From the human T2T-CHM13v2.0 reference genome, Homo sapiens: a stretch of 64,000 nucleotides of DNA. The position numbers and the translations under genes are program-made. The notes under the pieces are model-generated. The model did no database searches. It saw nothing but the letters and a program-made list of their open reading frames with translations, and was not told the origin of the DNA. The DNA lies in assembly GCF_009914755.1 (NCBI RefSeq), contig NC_060926.1; one strand, 5' to 3'. Shown piece after piece: positions 9,647-24,955 of this stretch; the first letter of the stretch is position 1; each line of letters starts with the position of its first letter.

Positions 9647-11830
9647 GTGCTATACTATTGTCTTCCCCGCTGGATATTTAAAACAGCACCACAAGGGGCA
9701 TCAAACCACCTGCTAAATTTGAGGGAATGTTATCCTCTCCCCACCTCCCCCGGCCCCGGATATTAGAGACAATAACACAGGGGTAATGTACACCCACTGC
9801 TTTATTGGGAGTAATATCATCCTCTCCCTTCTTGGATATTAGGAACAATATCACACTGTGCATGTACGCCTGTCGTGAAATTCAATGGAATGTCATCCTT
9901 TGCCTCCCTGGATATGATGAACAATATCACGGGGGATGTACAACTTGTGAGATATTGGGAGTGATATCATCCTCTCCCGTCTGGAAGTTAGGGACAGTAT
10001 CACAGGGGTGGTGTACACCCTCTGGGATGTTGGGACTAATATCATCCTCCCGCCCACTGGATATTAAAAACCATATCACAAGGGGCTTGTACACACACTT
10101 CGATATTGGTATTAATACCATCCTCTCCCTCTTTGGATATTCGGTGCCATATTTCAGGTGGGGTATACACCACCTGCAATATTGGAAGTAATAAGATTTT
10201 CTCCCCCCCGGATATCAGAGACAATATCACAGGGGGTGTCAACAGCCCCTGCGATATTTGGAGTAATATCATCGTCTCCCCTCATGAATATTAAGAACAA
10301 CATCGTAGGGGTGGGGGGTGTACACCCCCTTTCATATTTGATATCATCCTCTTCCCCCCTGGATATTAGGAACAATATCAGGAAGGGATGTGCAGACCCT
10401 GCAATATTTGCCGTCATATAATTGTCTCTCCCCTAGATATTAGGAAAAATGTAACTGGGGATGTGACCAGCCCTGCGATATTGGGAGTAGTATCATCCTC
10501 TCCCCGTTGCATATTAGGAACAGTATCACAGGTGGGGTGTAGTGTCTCTGCGATATTGGGAGTAAAATTATCCTCTCTTCCCCTGGATATTAGGAAGGGT
10601 ATCAGAGGGGGAGGGTGTACATTCCCTTCGATATTCAATGTAATCTTATCCTCTCCCTCCCAGGGTATTAAGAACAATATTACAGGAGGGGTGTACACCC
10701 CCTGCGATATTGAGAGTCATATCATTCTCTTTCGCTCTGGATATTAGGAACAATATCACAGGGTTGTGTACACCCCCTGGGATATTGGGAGTCATATCAT
10801 CCTCTCTCCCTGTGGATATTAGGAAGAGTATCACAGGGCTGTGTATACCCCTGCGGTATTGGGAGTCATATCATCCCCTCTCCCTCTGGATATAAGGAAG
10901 AGTTTCACAGGGGTGTGTGCACCCGCTGCGATATTGGGAGTAATATCATCCTCTCCACCCAGGAAATGACTAACAAGGTCACGGGGGGGAACTTGCCCCT
11001 GCCATATTGGGAGTAATGTCGTCCTCCCCAAACCTGGATGTTAGCAGCAAGATCACAGAGTGGGTGTACACACCCTTCGATATTGGAAGTAATATGATTC
11101 TCTCCCCACCTGGATATAGGGAAAAATATCACAGCGCGGGTATACATTTCCTATGCTGTTGGGAGTAATATCATTCTTTTCCTTTCTGGATATTAGGAAC
11201 AATATCACAGGGGTGGTGTACATTTACTTTGATATTGGGAGTAATATCATCCTCTCCCCGTTAGGACATTAGGAACAATATCCCAGGGTGGTGTCCACCC
11301 TCTGCGATATTGAGAGTAATATCATCTTCTATTTCCCTGGTTATTAGACACAATATCACAAAAAGGTGTACAACCCCTGCGATATTGGGAGTAATATCAT
11401 ACTCTCCTTCCCTGGATATTAGAAAACAATATTCATCAGGGCTGAATACCCCCTGCGATAATGGGAGTAATATTTTCTCTTTCACAGGCCATTAGGAACA
11501 ATATCACAGCGGGTGTTTACACACCCTGCGATATTGGAGGTAATATCATCCTCTGCCCCCTGGCATATTACCAACGATATCAAACAGGGGTGGTGTACAC
11601 CCCTTGTGATATTGGGAGTATTATCATCCTCTCCACCTCCGGGTATTAGGAACAATATCCCGGCGGGGGGTAGTACAACCCCAGTGATATTGGGAATAAT
11701 GTCATCCTCTCCTTCCCCGGATATTAGGAACAATATCACAGGAGGGTGTACACCTTCTGCGATATTGGAAGCAATATCATCCTCTTCCCCGCTGGATATT
11801 AGAAAAAATATCACTCATGGTGTACACCCA
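9647..11830 (+). repeat. SATR1 satellite
   Basis: Continuous ~75-bp units, as in 541-5014. Confidence 0.85.
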
Positions 11831-13337
11831 CTGTGATATCAGGAAGAATATTACAGGGTGTACACCCACTCTGACTTTAGGAGAAATAGCTCCCTAAAAT
11901 GTCACAAATAATATCACAGGGTATACAGTAATATCTCCCTAGGATATGACACATACTATCACAGGGTGTACACCCACTGTGATAACAGGAGTAATATGTC
12001 CCAAGGATATTACCAATAATATCACAAGGCCGTACACCCAGTATGACATAAGGAGTGATATCTCCCTAGGATACTACGAATACCGTCACAGGATGTACAC
12101 CCATGGTGTGCACCCACGGTGATACTAGGAGTAATATCTACCCAGGAAATAACCAATAACAGCACAGGGTGTACATACATGATGTCCACCCATGGTGATG
12201 TTATGAGAACTATCTCCCTAGGATAATACGAATAATATCACAGAGTGTACACACATGGTATACACACACTGTAGCACTAGGAATAATAACTTTCTGAGAT
12301 ATGAATAGCATCACAGAATAAAAACACATGGTGTACGCCCACTGTAACATCAGGCGTAATTTCTCCCTAGGATATTACGAGTAGCATCTCAGGGTGTACA
12401 AACATGGTGTACACCCACTGTGACATGACGGGTAATATCCCCCTAGAGGATATTACCAATAACATCACAGGGTGTTCACCCGTGGTGTACATGCACTGTA
12501 ATATTAGGAATAATATCTCCCTAGGATATTATAAATAATACCACAAAGTGTACAGAAACTGTGATATTAGAGGAAATATCTCTCTAGGATATTCTGAATA
12601 ATATCACAGGGTGTACACCCACTGTGATATCGGGAGCAATAGCTCTCTAGGATGTTATGAATAATATCACTGTGATATTAGGAGAAATATCTCTCTGGGA
12701 TATTACGAATTGTATCACAGAGTGTACACACATGGTGTACACCCACTTTGATATTAGGAGTAATATCTTCCTAGGACATTACAAATAGTATCACAGAGTG
12801 TACACCCACTGTAATATTAGGAGTCGTATCTCCCTAGGTGATTACAAATAATATCACAGGGTGTGCACCCACTGCGATATTAGGAGTAATATCTTCCTAG
12901 GGTATTACGAATAATTTCACAGTGTGTACACACGTGGTGTACACTCACTGTGATATTAGGAGTAATATCTACCTAGTATATAACAAATAACATCACAGGA
13001 TGTACACCCACTTTGATATTAGCTGTAATATTTTTCTAAGTTGTTACAAATAATATCACAGGGTGTACAAACAGGGTGTACACTCACTGTGATATCAGGA
13101 GTCGTATCTCCATAATATATTATGAATAATATCACAGGGTGTACACCCACTGTATTATTAGGAGTAATATCTCTCTAGGATATTACAATTAATATCACAG
13201 GTGTACACCCACTGTGATATTAGGAGCAATATCTTTCTAGGATATTGCAAATATCCTAGAACAAAGTGGTTGTTCGCCCACTCTGCTGTCAGGAGCAATA
13301 TCTCCCTAGGATATCAAAACTAGTATCACAGGGTGTA
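11830..13337 (+). repeat. SATR2 satellite
   Basis: Units of ~aataatatcacagggtgtacacccactgtgatattaggagtaatatctccctaggatattac (~60-70 bp). Confidence 0.8.
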
Positions 13338-13559
13338 CAATCCCTGCCTTCCAGGTTCTAAGGGATTCTCCTGCTTCAGCCTCCCGAGTAGCTAGAGTTA
13401 CCCGCCACCACGCCCGGCTAATTGTTTTTTTTTGTTTTCACTAGAGACGGGGTTTCACCATGTTGGCCAGGCTGCTCTGGAACTCCTGACCTCAGGTGAC
13501 CCATCAGCCTCGGCCTCCCAAAGTGCTGAGATTACAGGTGTGAGCCATGGCGCTCGGCC
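13338..13559 (-). mobile_element. Alu, tail end truncated by the satellite
   Basis: Reverse Alu (gattctcctgcttcagcctcccgagtagc...ctcccaaagtgctgagattacaggtgtgagcc) abutting SATR2 with no poly-T. Confidence 0.85.
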
Positions 13560-14221
13560 AAGAGTTATATATTCAATTAATTTGGAGACACAGCTCCCAC
13601 ATTTGACTGTGCATGTATTTTTATGAAGAAATGATGTCAGAAAACCTAAAGATGGCAATAAATATGAAAAGTAACTGGCATGCTAAAAGGTCTTCCGATT
13701 AAGAACTCTAAGGTTTGACTTAGTTTTTAGATAATGTGGTCCTAGCTCTTGTGTCATCCTTTTAAATATTCTACATCAGAGGAATTTGTAGCACGGTGTC
13801 AGAATAAAATAAAGGGTATTTCACTGCTTCTTAATTTCTTTCAATTAGACTGAGATCTTTTTCTTAAAGAGAGAAGAACGTTTTTATTGCATGTTATTGT
13901 TTCTGAAAAGAGTAGGCCGTATTTTACTGAGATCACGGATTTGTTATATATTATGTTTTGGTCTTCTAACATTCTTCAGTGGATTTTCTCTAAAGTAGTA
14001 CGTACAGAAGGAGTTGAATAGAAAACAGTAAATCATCACGTAATAATTCTGGGATTTTTGGGTTTGTCACAACTGAGAAATATTGCTGACGGTGTATGGT
14101 CCTCAAGTGTGAAAATGTTCCTTGTGAATTGCTTGCATCCAAAATATACACACAGCATTAAGGGCTGGTTTTTATCTTTTATTTTTCCAATCCTCTTTTC
14201 TTCTCAAGGTGTCCAAGTCAC

Positions 14222-15206
14222 ACAGAGCCACGGAATCTCACAGGTGTCTCAGAATTCCTCCTCCTGGGACTCTCAGAGGATCCAGAACTGCAGCCTGTCC
14301 TCCCTGGGCTGTCCCTGTCCATGTATCTGCTCACGGTGCTGAGGAACCTGCTCATCATCCTGGCTGTCAGCTCTGACTCCCACCTCCACACCCCCATGTA
14401 CTTCTTCCTCTCCAACCCGTCATGGGCTGACATCGCTTTCACCTCGGCCACAGTTCCCAAGATGATTGTGGACATGCAGTCGCATAGCAGTCATCTCTTA
14501 TGCAAGCTGCCTGACACAGATGTCTTTCTTTGCCCTTTTTGCATGCATAGAAGATCATGCTCCTGATTGTGATGGCCTATGACCGATTTGTAGCCGTCTG
14601 TCACTCCCCACACTACCCAGTCATCATGAATCCTCGCCTCGGTGTCTTCTTCGTTTTGGTGTCCTTTTTCCTTAGCCTGTTGGATTCCCAGCTGCACAGT
14701 TGGACTGTGTTACAATTCACCTTCTTCAAGAATGTGGAAATCTCTAATTTTGTCTGTGACCCATCTCAACTTCTCAACCTTGCCTGTTCTGACAGCGTCA
14801 TCGATAGCATATTCATATATTTAGATAGTACTATGTTTCGTTTTCTTCCGATTTCAGGGATCCTTTTGTCTTACTCTAACATTGTCCCCTCCATTCTAAG
14901 AATTTCATCATCAGATGGGAAGTCTAAAGCCTTCTCCACCTGTCGCTCTCACCTGGCAGTTGTTTGCTTATTTTATGGAACAGGCATTGGCGTGTACCTG
15001 ACTTCAGCTGTGGCACCACCCCCAGGAGTGGTGTGGTGGTGTCAGTGATGTACACTGTGGTCACCCCCATGCTGAACCCTTTCATCTACTGCCTGAGAAA
15101 CAGGGACATTCAAAGCGCCCTGTGGAGGCTGCGCAGCAGAACAGTCGAATCTCATGATCTGTTCCATCCTTTTTCTTGTGTGGGTAAGAAAGGGCAAGCA
15201 CATTAA
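14222..15206 (+). pseudogene. OR7E62P: Olfactory receptor family 7 subfamily E pseudogene (likely OR7E62P from its position next to NAGK; exact paralog unverified)
   Basis: OR motifs [45 protein letters not shown] and [12 protein letters not shown]. Start codon lost (ACA at 14222). Frameshifts near 14490, 14555 and 15020. Upstream splice acceptor ...ttctcaAG at 14207-14208. Confidence 0.85.
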
Positions 15207-16053
15207 ATCCCTACATCTGCAAATCCTGCCCCTTAGTCACATTATTTTTGTGGCTTGATGGCTTTTATTTCTTTCCACATTTCCTATGTGAATATTGCTT
15301 TCATCGTTATGCCTTTAACTGGAATGGGTGAGGATTCTGGGATCCTTTGTTTAGCAGAAACCTCATAACTGAATCCTCTATACCTAGGTGGCCTCCTTTA
15401 GTTTCTGACCAGTAACCCTGTCATCCAGGTGGAATCATAACCATCTTTTTATATACGTGAAGTCCTCACTTCATTTTGGAATTCCCTGAACATTGACTTT
15501 ATGGAAACAATGTACAGCAGGTCCTCCAACACTGTTGTTGTGTTCAAAGTTGTTATGATGTTGATGAGGAATAAGTGGTTTCAGTATACATAATTTTGCT
15601 TAAAAGTGAAGTTTCCAAGAGACTTTCAAAGACGATAAGTGAGGACATACTGTACATCAAATTCATATCCTCTTCCAGAGTTCATGTGGAATTTCTCTAT
15701 AAACTGCTTCTAGAGAATCTATTTAGGCAGGTTATGTGTAGAGATCCATGTCACCGGTCCTCAAGCTTGTCTTTGAATCAAATCACCTGGGGAGCTTACA
15801 AATGATGAGGCCTGCGTCTCATTACATGAAAGTCTGATTTACTTGCACCTGTGTAGGTAAGTGGATTTTTTTTTTTTTTTTTTTTTTAAAGCACCAGAGG
15901 TGATTCCAATGATGAAGTTTTTAGAGGCATCAAGCTCCAATAAGTAAGAAAAGAAGTTAATTGTAATAATGATTTCTTCAAATATTATCTTCAAATGTGT
16001 TGTCCTTCAACACCACACAAATTTTTATTATGCTGTTTTTTCTTACCATTTAG

Positions 16054-16395
<342 letters not shown>

Positions 16396-16764
16396 ACCAC
16401 TTAGCATTTTCATTTTACATTTGTTGAAGTTATGAATTTATTTACCCATTGATTTCTGCTTTATGATACACTTGCATATACATAAAATGGGAAATAGAAA
16501 AGAATAAAATGGGCACAGTATCCCTAAACTTTCACATTCCGAGACATTTGAAAAATATTTGCTTTTTCGAAATTTGTTTCAATTAAAATACTGTGGTATA
16601 CACACACAATGAAGTATTATTCAGCCTCAAAAGGAATAAAATCCTCTCCACTGCAGAGAAAATGGATGAGATTGCAGGTATGTATATTAAGTGAAATAAT
16701 CTAGGCACAGAATGACAAATATTACATGTCCTTACTTATGTGTAGGAAGAAAAAAGAAAATCTT

Positions 16765-17047
16765 GGCCAGGTGTGGTGGCTCAGGCCTGTAATCCCAGCA
16801 CTTTGGGAGGCCGACTCACACAGATCACTTCAGGCCAGGAGTTCGAGACCCGCCTGGCCAACATGGTGAAACCCCGTCTCTACTAAAAACACAAAAAATT
16901 AGCCAGGCGTGGTGATGCGTGCCTGTAGTCTCAGCCACTCGGAAGGCTGAGGCCCAAGAAGCGCTTGAACTCAGGAGGCGGAGGTTGCAGTCAGCCGGGA
17001 TTGTGCCTGTATGCTCCAACCTGGGCAACAGAAAGAGACTGCCATCA
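16765..17047 (+). mobile_element. Alu lacking a poly-A tail
   Basis: ggccaggtgtggtggctc...gactgccatc followed by unique sequence. Confidence 0.85.
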
Positions 17048-19547
17048 GAAGAACACCCCTCCAGGTCAATCCTTGCTCTCCCTCGGGGCTTCTCTTAAAG
17101 TGCACAGCCTTAACTGGGGCAGGGTCCTGAAGGGTGGGGAGAGGAAGGCCGGCTCCCTGGAATACACAATCGATCCTTGCAGGTATCCACTGTCAGGTCT
17201 CTGAGCTTGATGCTGTCATGTCCCTTGACACCGCTTCCGGGGCTTTTCGGTGGATGGCTTTTGGGGTGGAAGTGGCAGCCCCAGCTTACCAGCCATCATG
17301 CTCATGTCCGGGATCTCAGTCCTCTGGGGAAGGTGAGGTGGCTTTTCCTCAGCCAAGGCTGGGATCCTCAGTGGGTGCTGGTTCATCTGACTTTCCTCCC
17401 AATGGGGTTTGAAGGTGGAGAGGGGGACAGTGCCTGGGCCACAAGAGAGCACAAGACCTGGCTTCCTGTGGAAGGTGCCCACTCCACTCCCACTTTTCAT
17501 GCCTCCAGAGCCCAACTTGTACCACTTCACAGTTTTACCAGGGCCCAAATCTCCTCCTAGTTTGGGACTAGAACACCTCTCACTCTCCAAGCCATCCTCC
17601 AATCCTGCCTTTTCCACTGCTTCTCTTACCTGCTCTTGCACACTATGACTACATCCTTGCCCCACCTGCCCCAGTCAGGGGACTGCAGAACTGAGGGCAG
17701 ATCTTGGGTAAGGCCTGCCTCTCCTGCCTTTCTTCTCCCAATGCTCCAACTGGGGGTTCATGACTGCAAAAAAACCCGTTGTGTCAACAACTCCAATGGC
17801 CTCCCTTGATATAGTCCATCATGTAGACAGATGCAGGATGCTGGGGAGGGCCCATGAGAGACCCTGGGTGACAACTCCTGGCCCTGGTCTGGCCCCAGCC
17901 TGGGTCTGGAGAACTGAAAGCCACCTGGCTTGTTTTCCACAGGGGCCAGAAAAGGCTGGAGCAGCCGAAGTCTTTCGGAAACAGTATCTGCGGTATATTC
18001 AGGGCTGACTCAGGAAAGAAGGTAAGGGAAAGAAAGAGTGGAGGGCTGCCAGCCCCACTCTCCTACGCTGCCAGGCCTCAGCTTGGTGCATCTTCTTGAG
18101 GCCTTCAGAAGTGATGAGCGGCTCCAGGGCATGGACCCTGCTGCTGCTGCTTGTCCCAACCTGAGGGAAACAAAGCCCAGGCCTAGGGCTTTAGTATGAG
18201 GCATGTGGGGAGTAGAAATTTTGTGGCCTTTGAATAGGATCCAGTATTAATCCAGTAATAATCCAGCCAGTGGATTATTAAAGAAAAAAAATCGAACAAG
18301 AATAGAAATTACACTTCTAGTTGATTTATCCTTAAAACCTGGCTGTGGGATTATTGAGCTGATACAGGGACTCCATGGCCATAAAGTAGGTGGCAGCCTG
18401 TAGATCTATGTTCACTTCCAGAGTTTTCCAAACTGGATGGAAGAGAAAATTTGTGGTGTGTGTAGCAGGGAACACGTATTAGGGACTCAATACCACTTGA
18501 GAGACCAGACTACATCTGTGCAAATAACCTTGTTTATCTAGCCATTAAACAGGAAAAAACAAGTTTCTCTCCTTTGGGGCTTTCTGAGCCTCAATCTACT
18601 GATGGGCAGTACATTGTGTCTCTCCAGGGTAAGGGTGGGACAGGTGGATTTGGGAAGTCTCAGTGTTCCCAAGGACCATAAGAATCCTGTCTTCTGGAGA
18701 TACCCATTAATATCTCTTGAGGAAATACTGGGAAACACTGCCAAACTGATCTATGGATCAGTTTAATCCATTTTATTAATAGCTCATTTTATTATTTGCA
18801 GTAACATATAAATCCTGCCCTAAGTTATTGGAAGACAATTTTATAAAACTGAAAACAAAACATTTTCCCTCCTAAAAACACTCAAGTCATATTACCGATA
18901 GCATAGATCACTGGGGTCGCGCCCTCAGCCTTGCTCTGGGCCCCCTCTCTGGAAGAGATTCCTTCACAGAGTGACCAACTCCTCCCATTTTAAAAATGGA
19001 AAAGTCCTATGTCCCAAGAGCCCTCCTCAGTTCTGCGCAGACTATTGGGCTCACTCTCCTCTAGCAGGTACTGGAAGAGCCAGGACTGGCTGCAGTCAGC
19101 CCCAGGAACTCTCTGAGACCTACAGGTCATGATGCAAGGGGACTGGTATCACTGATTAAGCTACTGGCCGGCCCGTCCTCTTTCTTCTGTCCAGTCTCTT
19201 GCCTGCAGGTCACTGTCCAGCTCTCCTGGGCAGGTGAGGGGAAGGAAAGCTGCCTGGCCCTGCCCACCACCCACAAGCACCCAAGCATGACACTCTGAGT
19301 TCCAGCTCTGACCCCGTCTCCTGCACAAACCCCTCCTCCGCCCCACCCTTGCTTCACTCCAAGTGCCCTTCCTGCTCCTTCTCACTATGCATTCATTTCT
19401 CACCAGTCTTAAGACTACTGCCTCCAGGAAGCCTTCCTGACTGCTCCAGTCCATTCTAACCCCTTTTCTAGCCTCCCAATGCTCCCAGCTGGTTGACTCT
19501 CCCAGCCCCCCTTTCTAACTTTCTAGCTTCAGAGAGTGTCAGAGAGG

Positions 19548-19805
19548 GAGTCATGCCTGTAAACCCAGGATTTTGGGAGGCCAAGGCAGGAAGATTGCTT
19601 GAGGCAAGAGTTCAAGACCAGCCTGGGCAACATAGGGAAACTTTGTATCTATAAAAAATTAGCCAGATGTGGTGGTGTGCACCTGGAGTCCTAGCTACTG
19701 GGGAGGCTGAGGTGGGAGGATCACTTGAGTCCAGGAGTTCGAGTCTGCAGTGAGCCATGATCACATGACTGCACTTTAGCCTGGGCAACAGGGGAGGAGG
19801 CATCC
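19548..19805 (+). mobile_element. Old Alu (AluJ-like)
   Basis: tcatgcctgtaaacccagg...ttgagtccaggagttcgagtctgcagtgagccatgatc. Confidence 0.7.
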
Positions 19806-20319
19806 TTAGAAGCATCCTGAGAGAATCAAGTTAGATGGGAGCAGGCTTTCGCTCATGTACACATGTAGCTGTGATGGATGGAACTGCTAAGTTGGAAAGG
19901 GGTTGAGAACCCTCAGGATTCTGGGAGGAGGCACTCTGGCTGGAAGTACAGTCTTCTGGGAACCTGGTAGGGAGTGACAAAGCCAGTGGAGACAGTTGCC
20001 TGGAGAAAGTCTCACAGCCTCTGCTTTCTTCCTTCCCCCAACAATCCTTTCCTCCACCCACCAGGGACTGTCCCTTGTCTCAGCAGGAGCTCTCCCAGAA
20101 GCTCTCACTCAGCACCAAGCTTGGGCTGCTTCCCAGATGCCCAAAGGCAGATGGGGAAGGCGGGTTCCAGCCAGGCTCAGCTCCAGGAGCTGAAAAGAAC
20201 GCTCCAGAAGTGGCTCTGTCTTGCATTCTTCCTTAGGCTCAAGGATTCGCAGATAAGGAGCCATGACTTTATAACCTTTAGAGTATATAGAGATTTGTAT
20301 GTGTGACTATGTCACTAAA

Positions 20320-21310
<991 letters not shown>

Positions 21311-21341
21311 TTATAATTTTTTTTTTCAAAAAATAAATACA

Positions 21342-21632
21342 ACCAAGTGCAGTGGCTCACCCCTGTAATCCTAGCACTTTGGGAGGCTGAGGCAGGAGGA
21401 TCACTTGAGGCTAGAAGTTCAAGATCAATCTGGGTAACAATGCGAGACCTCATCTCTACAAAAAAATTTTAAAAATTAGCCTGCCGTGCTGGTGGATGCT
21501 TCTAGTCCTAACTCTTTTGGAGCTGAGGCAAGAGTATCACTTGAGCCCAGGAGCTGGAGGCTACAGTGAGCTATGATTACACCACCGCACTCCAGCCTGG
21601 GAGACAGAATGAGACCCTATCTCTTAAAAAAA
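21342..21632 (+). mobile_element. Alu (AluJ-like)
   Basis: Dimeric Alu motifs with a short A tail. Confidence 0.75.
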
Positions 21633-22745
21633 TACAATTTTATAAAAGGGGGAACTATGGGTTCCACACATTTGCTAATGGGCAAGGCAGCCTGGAAGAG
21701 ATCACCCTCCCTCTATCCCTTGCCCACCATTTCCTTGCAGCAACTTTACAGAACCTCTTCCAGAGGAGGTCTGTTCTGGAAAAATCCACCCCACTGCTGT
21801 AGTTCTTTGCCTCTTTCTTCTGGGACACACAATGTTGGTAGCTCAGTACCAGAGCTCCATCTAGAAGCCAGATAACTAAATCCTGATAAAGGAACCAGAC
21901 AGGCTCGGAGGGGAGGTCTGTGAAACTTATTCCACTGGTTTTACATGGCACAGAATTCTTATTGGTTCAACCTCACAGCCCTCTCTCCATGTACACTTAT
22001 TTTTGGGTTTCCTGCTATACCGTAGCATAGGAGACATCACAGTTGGTGCAGGGCCCAATGATGGAATGGGGGATTCTGATTATTCAAGCACCAATGTCCT
22101 AATCCATCATTACCAAAAGCATGTACTAGTGCACATAATTCACAGGGTGTTGTGGCAATCTGGTCCCTAACCTCTGAGCATTTCTGCTGCTATAAAATGG
22201 ACATACACTTTATCTTACAGAGTGTTATATAGTTAGGCATTATGAAAGACATATAAACATCCCTGACACCTGACAAGGAGACACATTCCCAAAATGGCAG
22301 TACAGACTGGGCAATTGGAGGGCTCATGGTGCCTTGGGAATCTTAGGAGATGTCAGGAGACCAAATGCCCCAGTGGGAAAACTGTGCATCTCAGCAGAGG
22401 CTGGTGGATGCCTCTCCTCAGTGCTGCTGCAGTGGTTTAACCCTGGCTGTCACATGTCACCCTAGTGAGCCAAGAGGAGGAGGACAAGTGTTGGACCTAA
22501 GTTGAAACCCGAAATGACTGAGTTCATCTGTAAGTGATTAACTAGATTAAGTTTTTCTGCTTTTAGGGAAGAGTGGAGGATTGAGTCAGAAATCAAGTTT
22601 AGTTGTAGAAAAAGTTATCTTTTTGTACCCCTGAGTTTGCAGTCTGTAAAACATTGGAGCCACTACACAGATACACACTTTCGTATACAGTGTGTGCTTA
22701 TACACTGATATACACAGACCATGGGCATTCTCACAGGCATATACC

Positions 22746-22952
22746 CAGTGGTGTGCTGGTAAGTGTTAACAGCCAGCTTTCTGGAAAACAACAATAACAA
22801 CAACCTAAGTTGTAGCAGTTACTGATTTCTGTGGTGTAAATACTCCCACCACGGTGATTTCAAGCTACCAACATAATTACACCTCATGGAAGATGGAAGA
22901 GTTGTACATAAAACTGGGTCTTTGTGAGCTGTGTGAGCTGGCTCCAGCATAA
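22746..22952. mobile_element. hAT DNA transposon relic (MER63A-like)
   Basis: Termini cagtggtgtgctgg ... gagctggctccagcata; internal gtgtaaatactcccacc. Confidence 0.5.
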
Positions 22953-24564
22953 GTTATAGGTGCACATTTATGCATCTGCCTAAAGTTGCCTAAATATGCA
23001 GGCTTGCTTAGGTTTCTTCAAGAACTGAAACGTTAACATGAAATCTGTAGACACATTAGTATAGAAAAATACGTGAGGACATCATCTCAACTATATGCAT
23101 CTGTAGACACCTTCAGTCACTTAGAAACATACACAAAGAGAAGTTCGAATATATAAAAAAATACACACCTACGCAGATTGATGCAGGCCAGGACACGCAT
23201 ATAAGCTCACACATAGACACCCACATGCTCAGAAAAGAAGAGGGAGTAAACCAACCGGATTTGCTCAGGTTGCTGCCCTGGCCTGAGGCCCCACATCCCT
23301 CAGAACAACTTAAGATCAAGGCAGATAAGGTCCCTCTTTTCTTTCAGTTCCCTTACATGGCTGAAGAGACTTGAAGGACAGAACGTTTACAGCAGTTGTC
23401 TACGGCTGCCTCTGTGTTCTGAAGACCCCATGCACCCCTCGTCCCTTCTGGGTTGGGCCTGGCAGTCCCGTAGGCTGTCTTTCCCTTGCTTTGCAGATGC
23501 CAGCCCCAGAGTCCCACCTCCACCGTTGGTAAGGAAGCCCCTCACCCCTGCCTCTTTCAATTGTGGGAAAGTGAACTCCAGCCTCTCTCTCCTTCCTCAT
23601 CCCAGATCAACAGCAGATGTTAGTATGACCCCCCTCCTGGCTCCCTCCGTGACTCCAGCTCTGCCCCCCACCTCCACCTCCACCTCCACCACTTGCTTGT
23701 TCATCTCTCACCTGGGCCAATGTCCAGCCTTCTAAGTGTTTCCCTTCTCCAAACTCTCCCTTCCCATTTGTCACCCTATAAGTAACCTGCCAGATTATTT
23801 TAAAGCACAGTGCTGAGGTCACACATGTACTGGCAACTTCTAATGCAAGACCGACTAGGGCTAGATCTCTTTGAGGCTCCCTGACCACACGTCCAACAAC
23901 TCCTCCCTCAGTTCACAATTTCACTTCTCCTTATTTTCTCTTTCTCTTCCTGATCTGTTCTGTAAATTTAGTTTCTGCTGTGGAATTTGCTTGCTCCCTT
24001 CTTTAGTTCAAATCAGGCATTTGCTACCCCTCATGTCTGTGACACCGTGTTTATAGTTTATAAACCACTCTCAAAGCTATTTGTGGAGTACTGAGGTTAG
24101 CCCTGGACATGCTGTGGTGAGTAAAAACAGATGTGGCTGTGTTTCATGAATAAAGTCAACAAAATCTGTTGAGGACCCTGACCAAAAGTCATCTGTCCCA
24201 AAATCCTAAGTGGATTTGTGAGGAAAGATATTTTCCCATTGTCTCTCTTAACACTCTTCCCCCTGACTCCCAAACTATGGCCTCCCTGGGGTCATAGGAA
24301 CAAAGTACAGAAGACAGAGAAGAAGACTGTGGCTTGCAGATTCTTAAAGAACTTTATTAACCTTGTGAGTGTCATAGAAGCAGCTACTGGGATGTTGCAA
24401 GCCCAGTGCAAACTGGTATATCTTGCTATATTGCAACATCTTGAATTTCCTTCCCTTTATATTAACTACCCACACATAATAAGCCACATCTATTATTTGT
24501 GTGAGCCTATGCTTTTTACTTTTATTTTAGAGCCTCTCGTTTCCTCATTTGTAATATGTGATCA

Positions 24565-24942
<378 letters not shown>

Positions 24943-24955
24943 TTATAATGTACAA

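Noticed and set aside
355-11836. Many ORFs of the PPAILGVISSSP / ITPNIAGGVHP type
   Set aside because: Translations of satellite units on both strands; no splice structure or protein family.
541-13337. CRISPR-like array of palindromic repeats
   Set aside because: The sequence between palindromes is itself repeated rather than unique spacers, there are no cas genes, and the context is primate DNA. It is SATR satellite.
14222-15206. Functional olfactory receptor
   Set aside because: Start codon lost and three frameshifts.
23370-23535. Possible alternative upstream NAGK exon (donor-like ttg/gtaagg near 23528)
   Set aside because: A single donor-like motif with no supportable start site or acceptor; it cannot be called from sequence alone.
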